Source: Macrostomum lignano
Taxonomy: Eukaryota
NCBI GenBank assembly: GCA_002269645.1
Contig: NIVC01000201.1
Coordinates: forward strand, 727,734-791,733
Direction of reading: 5' to 3'
DNA: 64,000 nucleotides
In this document: one piece after another, positions 1-12,084 of the stretch
How positions within the stretch are numbered: position 1 is the first letter of the stretch
Layout: every line of letters starts with the position of its first letter
The notes under the pieces: generated by a model
The model's database searches: none
The model's input: only the letters and a program-made list of their open reading frames with translations
What the model was told of the DNA's origin: nothing
Translations under genes and position numbers: made by a program

Positions 1-3000
1 GCCAACAAGCTGGAGGCCCCAGCGCTGCTGGGTGAGCCAGCGGGGCAGGAAGCTTTGGTTCAGGCGGTAGGGCCGCATCTCACGCAGGGAGGCGTAGCTG
101 CTCAGGGGCAGTGAGCAAAGCAGTGAGAGCATTGAGAACCTCGTGTTTCTGACTGACTATTGCCAACAATTATCTCTAAATCCGTAAAAGAGAATCCCAG
201 AAATCAATTAACTACAAGTGCAGACTGACAGCCTTAAACTCATCCATGTAATTCACAGAATCCTCAGATCGCAAACTTCGAGTACATTCCTCAAATCCCC
301 AAAACTGGAATCCTCAAACCCCCAAAACTGGAATCCTCAAACCCCTAAAACTGTAATTCTCAAATCCCCAAAACTGGAATCCTCAAATCCCTAAAACTGG
401 GATCCTCAAATCCCCAAAACTGGGATCCTCAAATCCCCAAAACTGGGATCCTCAAATCCCTAAAACTGGGATTCTCAAATCCCTAAAACTGGAATCCTTA
501 AATCCCTAAAACTGAAATCATTAAATCCCTAAAACTGGGATCCTCAAATCCCCAAAACTGGGATCCTCAAATCCCCAAAACTGGGATCCTCAAATCCCCA
601 AAACTGGGATCCTCAAATCCCCAAACTGGGATTCTCAAATCCCTAAAACTGGAATCCTTAAATCCCTAAAACTGAAATCATTAAATCCCTAAAACTGGAA
701 TCCTTAAATCCCTAAAACTGAAATTAAATCCCTAAAACTGGAATCCTTAAATCCCTAAAACTGAAATCATTAAATCCCTAAAACTGGGATCCTCAAATCC
801 CCAAAACTGGGATCCTCAAATCCATAAAACTGGGATCCTCAAATCCCCAAAACTGGGATCCTCAAATCCCCAAAACTGGGATCCTCAAATCCCCAAACTG
901 GGATTCTCAAATCCCTAAAACTGGAATCCTTAAATCCCTAAAACTGAAATCATTAAATCCCTAAAACTGGAACCCTTAAATCCCTAAAACTGAAATTAAA
1001 TCCCTAAAACTGGAATCATTAAATCCCTAAGACTGGGATCCTCAAATCCCCAAAACTAGGATCTTCAAATCCCTAAAACTGGGATCCTCAAATCCCCAAA
1101 ACTAGGATCTTCAAATCCCCAAAACTGGAATCCTCAAATCCCCAAACTGGGATTCTCAATCCCCAAAATTGGGATCCTCAAATCCCAGAGTCGAATCTCA
1201 GAAACCGCAAGCTCCAATCCCACAAGCCCAAAGCAGAAGGCCCAATTCAACAAGGGAACAGGCCCGGACAGCAGGCAGAAGTGCAACTCACTTTCCCAGA
1301 TCCTCAGGCGGCACCCAGCGCAGCACCCGCTGGTCGGGAATCTGCACGACAGTCGTGTGCACCTTCTGGCCGTTGCGGTACCACATCGGCAGGATGCCCA
1401 GCTTGATGCCGACCAGGCCGCAGCGCTGGCTCACCCGAGGAGTCCACAGCGGCCTCGCCGCAGGCGGCTCCTTCAACGGGCTGGCGGCGGCGGCCGCCTC
1501 GCTGCTACTCGCAACGGCGTCCCGCACTCGCTGCAGGCGCCACTGCCGCAGCCAGTCGCGATTCTCCGGCGTCAGGTCGGCGTCCACCCGGCGCGCCTCA
1601 AACTGGCGAACCCAGTGCGGCTTCGGCTCGTCCTTCCACGGGTAGTCGATTTTGTACAGCCGGGTGGCCTTGCTGTAGGACCGGCAGCTGGGGACCAGGC
1701 GGAGCCACGTATGGGGCGCCGTTGCCATGGCGACAATCAGCTGGCTGCTCAAGGCTGGTGCGGAGGCCGCTGAAACCATGGACAGCGCTTGAGAACTAAA
1801 CATGGCAATCAGGAAATTGAATATTGTGATCGGGTAAGGTATTTTAGCGTTTCGGGTCTTTTGAGACTTTGGGACTTGTAGGACTTTAGCAAGATTCAAG
1901 ATAGAATGATGAGATTCAGGATGGGGATCATGAAATTCAGGATGGGGATCATGAGATTCAGGATGGGGGTTCATGAGATGCAGGATGGGGATCATGAGAT
2001 TCAGGATGGGGATCATGAGATTCAGGATGGGGGTTCATGAGATGCAGGATGGGGATCATGAGATTCAGGATGGGGATCATAAGATTTAGGATGGGGATCA
2101 TAAGCTTCAGGATGGGGATCATGAGATTCAGGATGGGGATCATGAAATTCAGAATGGGAATCGTGAGATTCAGAATGGGGATCGTGAGATTCAGGATGGG
2201 GATTATAAGATTCAGGATGGGGATCATGAGATTCAGGATGGGGATCATAAGATTCAGGATGGGGATCAAAAGATTCAGGATGGGGATCATAAGATTTAGG
2301 ATGGGGATCATGAGATTCAGGATGGGGATTATAAGATTCAGGATGGGGATCATGAGATTCAGGATGGGGATTATGAGATTCAGAATGGGGATCGTGAGAT
2401 TCAGGATGGGGATCATAAGCTTCAGGATGGGGATTATGAGATTCAGTTAGTAATTTTTAGAAAGAACTGTGGCTCAGACAAGAAAAAAACAAAAAAGCAG
2501 AACTGTACCAGAGAAAAATTAGATTGCAAAATTTCTCAAATATATTAACAGTATAATAAAAGCAAAACTCAAGCTATCCTACTCAAAGTAAGCTAAACAG
2601 CGCCCATTCAATAATGCCTATAGCCTCGCTTAACAGCATAGGCCTGTTCAAAGTTCGGCTTGTCCTTCTCGCCGAACTTGCACTGCTCGCCAGTTGAGCA
2701 GGGCCGCACCCAGTCTGCCTCGGTTTTGTCGCACACGTGGCCGCGAATCATGAAAGGGTCGAGGCGCTGCAGCGGCCGCAGGCGGTCCTTCACCCCCGGC
2801 GGCGACTCGAAGTGCACCAGGAAGTAGTGCCCGATCAGCGGCTTGTCGCCCACGGGAGCCCGCATGTTCAGCGGCAGCCGGCGCTCGCCCAAGTTGTCAA
2901 CGGAGCGAATGACGGCGCCGCAGCGCAGCAGGTGGCCGAGGTTGCTGCGGAGGCCCGCCGCCACGTCTGCGCGACTGGCGCACTTCAGGATCAGCGTCTG

Positions 3001-4003
3001 CTCGAAACCCGGCTGCAATGGCGCGGAGTGATTTCACTCAGATTTCTTGCAATTGGAGTGACTTTACCCTGATGGCTTGCAACTAGAGTGAATTCAATCT
3101 GATGCTTGTGATTGGAGTGACTACACTCTGATGTCTTGCAACTGGAGTGACTTCACCCTGATGGCTTGCAATTGGAGTGACTTTCACTCTGATGGCTTGC
3201 AACTGGAGTGAATTCACTCTGATGCTTGTGATTGGAGTGACTACACTCTGATGTCTTGCAACTGGAGTGACTTCACCCCGATGGCTTGCAATTGGAGTGA
3301 CTTTCACTCTGATGGCTTGCAACTGGAGTGAATTCACTCTGATGCTTGTGATTGGAGTGACTTCACCCTGATGGCTTGCAATTGGAGTGACTTCACTCTG
3401 ATGGCTTGCAATTTGAGTGAATTCACTCTGATGGCTTGCAATTTGAGTGAATTCACTCTGATGCTTGTGATTGGAGTGACTTCACCCTGATGGCTTGCAA
3501 TTGGAGTGACTTCACTCTGATGGCTTGCAATTAGAGTGAAATTCACTCTGATGGCTTGCAATTTGAGTGAATTCACTCTGATGGCTTGCAATTGGAGTGA
3601 CTTCACCCTGGTACTTGCGAATGGAGTGACTTCACTCTGATGGCTTGCAATTGGAGTGACTTCACTCTGATGACTGGCAATAGGAGTGACTTCACTCTGA
3701 TGGCTTGCAATCGGAGTGAATTCACCCTGATGACTTGCAATTGGAGTGAATTCACTCTGATCTAGTAGCTTTGGAATAGGAGTGACTTCACTCTGATCTA
3801 GTAGCTTTGGAATAGGAGTGACTTCACTCTAATCTAGTAGTGTTAGAATAGGAGTGACTTCACTCTGATCTAGTAGCTTTGGGATGGGAGTGACTTCACT
3901 CTGATCTAGTAGCTTTGGGATGGGAGTGACTTCACTCTGATGTCAATCCAATAATAATTATTAACAAACAGGACTTACCCGTCAGCCATTTCCCTACTTG
4001 CAT
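1..4003 (-). CDS. MRPL3: Mitochondrial ribosomal protein L3, 5' part; exons 4003-3979, 1769-1292 and 97-<1, continuing beyond the window
   Basis: The ORF has the uL3m motif RCGLVGIKLGILPMWYRNGQKVHTTVVQIPD. Donor AA|GTGAGT at 1291 joins the exon at 97 (YASLREMRPY...RWGLQLVG) in phase. The mini-exon MQVGKWLT-G|GTAAGT (phase 1) joins acceptor TTTCAG|CG at 1769 in frame, giving a presequence-like N-terminus. Confidence 0.88.
290..1195. repeat. Minisatellite, ~22-23 bp unit (AAAACTGGGATCCTCAAATCCCC), in an MRPL3 intron
   Basis: Tandem array visible directly. Confidence 0.95.
1905..2446. repeat. Minisatellite, 21 bp unit (GAGATTCAGGATGGGGATCAT)
   Basis: Tandem array; produces the spurious MIPILNL-repeat ORFs. 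Confidence 0.95.
2608..3012 (-). CDS. MRPS6: Mitochondrial ribosomal protein S6, nested in MRPL3 intron 1; the start ATG is not in this exon
   Basis: PGFEQTLILK...GAVIRSVDNLGERRLP...GHYFLVHF...IRG matches bS6m (human MPRYELALILK...GAIVRDLENLGERALP). The exon begins right after acceptor TTGCAG| at 3013; the ORF-track 'M' is a TTG. Confidence 0.9.
   Translation of the reverse strand, partial: PGFEQTLILKCASRADVAAGLRSNLGHLLRCGAVIRSVDNLGERRLPLNMRAPVGDKPLIGHYFLVHFESPPGVKDRLRPLQRLDPFMIRGHVCDKTEADWVRPCSTGEQCKFGEKDKPNFEQAYAVKRGYRHY
3024..3942. repeat. Minisatellite, ~30 bp unit (GGAGTGACTTCACTCTGATGGCTTGCAATT)
   Basis: Tandem array. Confidence 0.95.
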
Positions 4004-4550
4004 CAAGCTAAAATAAATAAAAAATAAGAACCTGATTGTAATGTTGACGCGAATAGCCGGGGTTTATTGACAATATTTTCAGAGCCAATCGGCTAAAAGT
4101 TACTAACCAATTTACAAAAAAATTATTGAACCAGCGCATAAAAAATAAAACAACATGCGCACTTTTCGAGCTAGCATTGAGACCAGCTTATAAAGAGACA
4201 CAAGAAAAGCTAAAAGTACTTTTGCCAAAGCGTGCAGGACAATAAAAATCAGCGGGCAGGAATAACAGTTATTAAAAACTTGCTTTGTAGAAATTTTGTG
4301 ATAAAAATAGTTACAAAATACGCATGCAAAAACCGGACGCTGGCAGTAGTAAAATAAGTGCTGTGACAGACGCAATTTCAAATTTCAGAATTTGTGCAAC
4401 AAGAGCGATAAAGAAATGCAATTAAAATTGTACAAGTTTGACAAAGAGTTCGACACACAACTTTGACTGGATAGTGAGTTGAGTACATATAATTATTGTT
4501 AGCTTGATAGAAAATAAACAGATATGGTAAATACACTACATACTTCGGCC

Positions 4551-6155
4551 AATTGGGTCATTGAGTCACCTGATCATGCTATGTACTCTCATGGATGATT
4601 GGGCCGTTGAGTCACCTGATCCTGCTATGTAGTCTTGTGGATATTGGGCCATTGAGTCACCTGATCCTGCTATGTAGTCTTGTGGATATTGGGCCATTGA
4701 GTCACCTGATCCTGCTATGTAGTCTTGTGGATAATTGGGCCATTGAGTTACCTGATCACGCTATGTACTCTTGTGGATAATTGGGCCATTGAGTCACCTG
4801 ATCACGCTATGTAGTCTTGTGGATATTGGGCCATTGAGTTACCTGATCATGCTATGTACTCTTGTGGATAATTGGGCCATTGAGTCACCTGATCATGCTA
4901 TGTACTCTTGTGGATAATTGGGCCATTGAGTCACCTGATCACGCTATGTACTCTTGTGGATATTGGGCCATTGAGTCACCTGATCACGCTATGTACTCTT
5001 GTGGATAATTGGGCCATTGAGTTACCTGATCATGCTATGTACTCTTGTGGATGATTGGGCCATTGAGTCACCTGATCACGCTATGTACTCTTGTGGATAA
5101 TTGGGCCATTGAGTCACCTGATCATGCTATGTACTCTTGTGGATGATTGGGCCATTGAGTCACCTGATCACGCTATGTACTCTTGTGGATAATTGGGCCA
5201 TTGAGTCACCTGATCACGCTATGTACTCTTGTGGATAATTGGGCCATTGAGTCACCTGATCACGCTATGTACTCTCATGGATGATTGGGCCGTTGAGTTA
5301 CCTGATCCTGCTATGTAGTCTTGTAGATATTGGGCCATTGAGTCACCTGATCCTGCTATGTAGTCTTGTGGATAATTGGGCCATTGAGTTACCTGATCAC
5401 GCTATGTACTCTTGTGGATAATTGGGCCATTGAGTCACCTGATCACGCTATGTAGTCTTGTGGATATTGGGCCATTGAGTTACCTGATCATGCTATGTAC
5501 TCTTGTGGATAATTGGGCCATTGAGTCACCTGATCATGCTATGTACTCTTGTGGATAATTGGGCCATTGAGTCACCTGATCACGCTATGTACTCTTGTGG
5601 ATATTGGGCCATTGAGTCACCTGATCACGCTATGTACTCTTGTGGATAATTGGGCCATTGAGTTACCTGATCATGCTATGTACTCTTGTGGATGATTGGG
5701 CCATTGAGTCACCTGATCACGCTATGTACTCTTGTGGATAATTGGGCCATTGAGTCACCTGATCATGCTATGTACTCTTGTGGATGATTGGGCCATTGAG
5801 TCACCTGATCACGCTATGTACTCTTGTGGATAATTGGGCCATTGAGTCACCTGATCACGCTATGTACTCTTGTGGATAATTGGGCCATTGAGTCACCTGA
5901 TCACGCTATGTACTCTTGTGGATAATTGGGCCATTGAGTCACCTGATCACGCTATGTACTCTTGTGGATGATTGGGCCATTGAGTCACCTGATCACGCTA
6001 TGTACTCTTGTGGATAATTGGGCCATTGAGTCACCTGATCACGCTATGTACTCTTGTGGATAATTGGGCCATTGAGTCACCTGATCACGCTATGTACTCT
6101 TGTGGATGATTGGGCCATTGAGTCACCTGATCATGCTATGTACTCTTGTGGATAA
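4551..6155. repeat. Minisatellite, 45-46 bp unit (TTGGGCCATTGAGTCACCTGATCACGCTATGTACTCTTGTGGATAA)
   Basis: About 35 tandem copies. Confidence 0.95.
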
Positions 6156-6185
6156 TCTCAATGACCTTAAATGACCCCGCTCAGC

Positions 6186-8188
6186 TCAAAGGCCGGCAAA
6201 GCTGATTGGCACGGGGCCAGACAGACCCAGATGGGCGATGTCCGGCTTTACATCCAGGGCCTCCTGTTGGACGTCGGAGGCGGCGGCCGCGGTGGCAAAG
6301 TGCAGCACAGGCTGCTGATGCCCGCCAGCCGGATGGTCCTGGCTGGACACGAAGGCTACCTGCATCGGCTGCTGCTGGCCTCCAGGCATTTGAATAACAT
6401 ACTGCACCTGCTGCTGCGGCTGATGAGACGAGGTGACAACAGTGACAGCAGCTGGCTGAGCCGGAGTCTGGTGCTCCATCAACTCGGCAGTGAGCGAGGC
6501 GTGGCCAGTCGCGGCGGCGGCAGACGCAGCAGAGACAGGCGCAGGCGCAGTAGCGGAAGCCGCCGCAGGCGCAGAGGCGGATCGAGCCGGGGTGGCGGGC
6601 AGCTGCTGCGGTTCCTCGCGCGGCACAATGTCGATGAGAAAGTCGAACTGGTCGGTGTCCTGGTCGTAGACGCTGGCGGAGATGTCGATGCGTTGCAAAG
6701 TTCGCCGGCGCTGCCGCTCCGTGTGCGACCAGGCGCGGAGGGTCAGCTCCTGCGGGATGCGGGCGGGATGGCAGCGATGGGAGCCGGTGCCGGGACTCAG
6801 GGAGAGACAGCCACTTGCCGAGAGGCTTGGGGACAGCGTCAGACCTATCATTGGCGCGTCAGCACTGCAGCTTTAGCTTTGAAAGCTGGCAGTTTCGCTA
6901 TAAAATGCTCTGTAGATTTCATCATTAATTGCTCAGAGAATGTACTTTAATTCTCCGAGGGGAAAACAGGGTGGGCTTATTAACTTAGAAATATCCTATT
7001 TAAGAGGAACTGATAAATCCCAATATCCCAGTTGCCTGATTTATCCAATATCCCAGCTGCCTGATTCATCCCAATATCCCAGTTGCCTGATTTATCCCAA
7101 TATCCCCTGATTCATCCCAACATCCCAGTTGCCTGATTTATCCCAATATCCCAGTTGCCTGATTTATCCCAATATCCCAGCTGCCTGATTCATCCCAATA
7201 TCCCAGCTGCCTGATTCATCCCAATATCCCAGTTGCCTGATTTATCCCAATATCCCAGTTGCCTGATTTATCCAATATCCCAGCTGCCTGATTCATCCCA
7301 ATATCCCAGTTGCCTGATTTATCCCAATATCCCCTGATTTATCCCAACATCCCAGTTGCCTGATTTATCCCAATATCCCAGTTGCCTGATTTATCCAATA
7401 TCCCAGCTGCCTGATTCATCCCAATATCCCAGTTGCCTGATTTATCCCAATACCCCCTGATTTATCCCAACATCCCAGTTGCCTGATTTATCCCAATATC
7501 CCTGTTGCCTGATTTATCCAATATCCCAGCTGCCTGATTCATCCCAATATCCCAGTTGCCTGATTTATCCCAATATCCCCTGATTTATCCCAACATCCCA
7601 GTTGCCTGATTTATCCCAATATCCCAGTTGCCTGATTTATCCCAATATCCCAGCTGCCTGATTCATCCCAATATCCCAGTTGCCTGATTTATCCCAATAT
7701 CCCCTGATTTATCCCAATATCCCAGTTGCCTGATTTATCCCAATATCCCCTGATTTATCCCAATATCCCAGTTGCCTGATTTATCCCAATATCCCAGTTG
7801 CCTGATTTATCCCAATATCCCAGCTGCCTGATTTATCCCAATATCCCAGCTGCCTGATTCATCCCAATATCCCAGCTGCCAGATTCATCCCAATATTCGA
7901 TGCTCAAGGCATCCAATTGATCCCCATTATCCCCAACTATAGCAGTGCTGCCCCAACCTTGATGAGCAGCTCAGCAGCCTTGGAGAACAGCAGAGGCGCC
8001 TCCGCGGCGATCATCATCCCGCGCACATCATCGTCCAGCTTCATGATCTTCTTGATTCGCGCCAGCGGCAGCTCCGAGTTCTTGAAGGCGGCCGTGTCTG
8101 CGGGCAGGGCGGCGATCTCCCTGGCCTCGTCCTGCATCAGCCTGGCGATGCGGGCGCCCAACAGCGAAATGGAATTGACGTTGGCCAT
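6186..8188 (-). CDS. NFYC: Nuclear transcription factor Y subunit gamma; exons 8188-7958 and 6749-6186
   Basis: Histone fold [17 protein letters not shown]...[16 protein letters not shown]|[11 protein letters not shown]...RRTLQR...[12 protein letters not shown] with a Q-rich tail; phase-0 GT-AG intron. Confidence 0.95.
6835..6930 (-). ncRNA. Intronic box C/D snoRNA candidate, copy 1 (NF-YC intron)
   Basis: Box C ATGATGA at 6925-6919 and box D CTGA at 6842-6839. The D guide CAATGATAGG is complementary to the conserved LSU rRNA stretch CCUAUCAUUG. It lies ~90 nt upstream of the 3' splice site and has a paralog at 9748-9829. Confidence 0.65.
7018..7895. repeat. Minisatellite, ~26 bp unit (ATCCCAATATCCCAGTTGCCTGATTT)
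   Basis: Tandem array in the NF-YC intron. Confidence 0.95.
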
Positions 8189-8249
8189 GAGGCTCTGGCT
8201 GCTGGAACTGGAATGCGGGCAGCTAAACTGATGAAGCATCTCAGAATCC

Positions 8250-9185
8250 CAACCCATTCTTACCCATTACTCATATCCCAATCTCAGCTCATATCCCAAT
8301 CTCACCTCAGAGACCCAATCTCACCTCAGAGACCCAATCTCACCCCAGAGTCCCAATCTCACCTCAGAGACCCAATCTCACCCGAGTCCTAATCTCACCT
8401 CAGAATCCCAATCTCCCTTTCGAATCCTAATCTCACCCCAGAGTGCTAATCTCACCTCAGAGTCCTAATCTCACCTCAGAATCCCAATCTCCCCTCAGAG
8501 TCCCAATCTCATCTGAGAGTCCCAATTTCATCCCAGAGTCCCAATCTCACCTCAGAATCCTAATATCTCTTCCGAATCCTAATCTCACCTCAGAGTCCTA
8601 ATCTCACATCAGAGTCCTAATCTCACCTCAGAGTCCCAATCTCATCTGAGAGTCCCAATTTCATCCCAGAGTCCCAATCTCACCTCAGAATCCTAATATC
8701 TCTTCCGAATCCTAATCTCCCCTCAGAGTCCTAATCTCACATCAGAGTCCTAATCTCACCTCAGAGTCCCAATCTCATCTGAGAGTCCCAATTTCATCCC
8801 AGAGTCCCAATCTCACCTCAGAATCCTAATATCTCTTCCGAATCCTAATCTCCCCTCAGAGTCCTAATCTCACATCAGAGTCCTAATCTCACCTCAGAGT
8901 CCCAATCTCATCTGAGAGTCCCAATTTCATCCCAGAGTCCCAATCTCACCTCAGAATCCTAATATCTCTTCCGAATCCTAATCTCACCTCAGAGTCCTAA
9001 TCTCACCTCAGAGTCCTAATCTCACCTCAGAGTCCTAATCTCACCTCAGAGTCCTAATCTCACCTCAGAGTCCTAATCTCACCTCAGAGTCCTAATCTCA
9101 CCTCAGAGTCCTAATCTCACCTCAGAGTCCTAATCTCACCTCAGAGTCCTAATCTCACCTCAGAGTCCTAATCTCCCCTCTGAAT
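8250..9185. repeat. Minisatellite, 19 bp unit (TCTCACCTCAGAGTCCTAA) with higher-order blocks
   Basis: Tandem array. Confidence 0.95.
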
Positions 9186-9592
9186 CCTTGGTTAATCTAA
9201 AAGTAATAATAATCTGGAGAAACCACCTGGACACTCGCATTTCACTAAGCCATAGCAACCATTCCAAAAACAACAGAACACAAAGTTTCCAAAAACGGCC
9301 ATCTCGCAGGACAAGCTCGAACTGGCAGGCCAATGCGCCGGGGTTGCCACCGCATTTCCACATCGGCTCGCAAGTTAGTAAAAGAGTCGCCCATCTGTTC
9401 TCATTTATTATTCAGACAAATATTACAGACCATCGCCATGATAACGAATTAATTCATTAATAATTATTAATAGCACGCGCAATATCAGATATAATTGAAC
9501 GATAGCAATTCAATCCCAAATTCGGATATCAAATACGCTGCGCTCTTGTGCCTTCCAGTTTCGCCCTTTGTCCAGCCTCCGTTCGCCTCAGA

Positions 9593-10772
9593 CTAATCCG
9601 TCATCTTCTGCAGGAACTCCATCGCCTGACTGGCATGGCTGGAGCCCAGGTCCTGTTGGAGACGGGTGGGTAATGTTATTCTTAAAGTACATTTACAACT
9701 ATGTCACGTGAGCGCTTGATAAAGCATAAATAATTTGGGATTATAAGTCAGACCTATCATTCAAGCTTCACCGCTGGCGGAATTATAGCCGGACAGCTTT
9801 GCTGAAAATTGCTCACAGTCTATCATCATTTCAGAATTGAGATTTGAGACGACATGCGACATCCGGAAGTCAAGGCAAGGGATTGGGATTCATTCTTGAT
9901 GGGGATCCTGAGTTAAAATTGGGATTCTATGGTAAGATTGGGATTCATTCTTGATGGGATACTGAGGTGAGACTGGGATTCTGACATTCTTGATGGGGAT
10001 TCTGAGGTGAGATTGGAATTCTGACATTCTTGATGGAGATGCTGAGGTGAGATAGGGAATTCTAACATTCTTGATGGGGATGCTGAGGTGAGACTGGGAT
10101 TCTGAAATTCTTGATGGGGATGCTGAGGTGAGATTGGGGATTCTGACATTCTTAATGGGGATGCTGAGGTGAGACTGGGATTCTGAAATTCTTGATGGGG
10201 ATTCTGAGGTGAGATAGAGGATTCTCGCATTCTTGATGGGGATGCTGAGGTGAGACTGGGATTCTGAAATTCTTGATGGGGATTCTGAGGTGAGACTGGG
10301 ATTCTGGCATTCTTAATGGGGATTGAAGTGAAGTGAGATTGGGACAGTTAGATAGAAATCTAAGAGATTCCGGCTTGGGAATCTGATAGCTGAGATGCAG
10401 AATTGCAGAGTTACATTCCAGCCTCACCTTGACAACCACGCAGGAGCACTTAACAACCTTGCGCGGCTTGCCCTCTTTGTCAATCTTGCACAGGCCGGCC
10501 CACTCGCCCAGCTGCTTGGCCTGGTCCACCCGCACCAGCCGGACGCCGTGCTCTGAGCAGAGCGCCTCCACCAGCTTGCTGTAGGCGGCCTCGTCGCAGT
10601 CATTGGCCAGAATGCACAGCAGGGCGTTGCGCTTCTCCAACGCTTTCGTGGCCTCGTGGAGGCCGCGCGATAAACCATCGTGCGCCATGGAAGTTTTGAG
10701 CACCTCCTGCACGGCTGTCTCCATGGTGAGCTCGCCGCCAGCAGCGGCATCAACATCGCCAGCGTCGCTCAT
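9593..10772 (-). CDS. RPS12: 40S ribosomal protein S12; exons 10772-10428 and 9652-9593
   Basis: MSDAGDV...ALQ-like [30 protein letters not shown]...[22 protein letters not shown]|[19 protein letters not shown]; phase-0 intron. Confidence 0.96.
9744..9835 (-). ncRNA. Intronic box C/D snoRNA candidate, copy 2 (RPS12 intron)
   Basis: Box C ATGATGA at 9829-9823 and box D CTGA at 9751-9748. It has the same AATGATAGGT-CTGA guide end as copy 1 and lies ~95 nt from the 3' splice site. Confidence 0.65.
9880..10340. repeat. Minisatellite, ~41 bp unit (GATGGGGATGCTGAGGTGAGACTGGGATTCTGAAATTCTT); detached partial copy at ~11435-11505
   Basis: Tandem array in the RPS12 intron. Confidence 0.9.
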
Positions 10773-12084
10773 TGTTATTGGACTTAGAGTGGATTGATGA
10801 GCAGGCCTGAGCCTCCCGGCTGCAATTATGCATTTATTAATCAATCTAGTGTAGGGGTGTCTGCGCAATTTTTATTTTTAATCTCCACGCTTTATCAGAA
10901 ATTCAGTCAGTCAGTTTTTCCTCTAGCATTTTTACAATGCATTTCAAGTCGAAAAGTCCATGTGACCTTTGAAAAAAAACATGTTTTTTTCGAATATTTA
11001 ATCGCCTTAGCAGTGGCGGATCTAGAATTTCATTTCGGGGGGGGGGGCGGACCAAGTTTGTGGCACCAACGAGTGTGAGGGCGCCAATTTTTAAGCTAGG
11101 TGGCGCAAATATGCGTGTAGGGCTGAAAAATCGAGTTTAGGAGGTGCAAGCTTAGGTTTTCGGGCGCAATATGTTCTATCAAGGTATTTTTTAGGGGGAG
11201 CTCTTAGCAATGAGCAATTTCCTAGCCAGGAGATATGTACCATCACGGGAAATTTTCTAATCAAATGGTGCAAGTTTCATCAAGATCACTTGAGCAGTTT
11301 TTATAAAATAAATCACACACATGGATACCTTGAGACAACTCATTTTTAGTACATAAAGGAAATAAAACAAACAATCTACGCCTCCATTGTGGAGAAACAA
11401 TTTTTTTAATAAACTATCACATATAGATAGCTTTTATGATGGGCATCCTAAGTTGAAATTGGGATTCTAGGGTAAGATTGGGATTCATTCTTAATGGGGA
11501 TCCCAATTATCAATCCCAATCCCAATATTAACATTGTACAGTTTATACTGTTAGTTGCTTATGAAAAATGATGTTTAAAGCAAACAAGCATCAGCCCTAA
11601 AAGCCAGCTATCTAACCTGAGACATCAGCATCTAATTTGAACCCTATGATGCTACAAAAACTTTTTGCATATACATCTGCTAAATAAATAAATACAATAA
11701 AAATACTAAATTAATTAATTGGGAAAAAATAAAACCTAAAACAGCAATGACATGAATTTGCATAGCCATGATCTCCAATCCTACACTAATCTGAGGCTAT
11801 TTTGTTTTTTGAGCTTTAACAAGTTTTTATTCAATTTTTTTAATTAGCAAGCAGTACTTAAAAAAATAGAGTTGAAGATTTTGTGAATGCTAGGATAATG
11901 CTCTTAGTCTACCTGTTCCTAAACTTTACTTATAAAGAACCTATTAATACAATATATAGTTTTGCTCTCTATTATCCTCTATGCAACATAGTTATACCAG
12001 GTATCTAGAGAACTTTTTGCAACATTTTTAGCACTTGGTTGATCAGCTTTATTATATAAATTTATTGGTCACCCTATCAGTCAT

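Noticed and set aside
1958-2450. MIPILNL/MGIMRFR repeat ORFs, and similar ORFs at 3083-3606, 30914-31295, 33413-33867, 36070-36410, 37790-38296, 38333-39310, 39656-40360 and 49691-50317
   Set aside because: These are translations of stop-free minisatellites in introns, with no codon-position bias.
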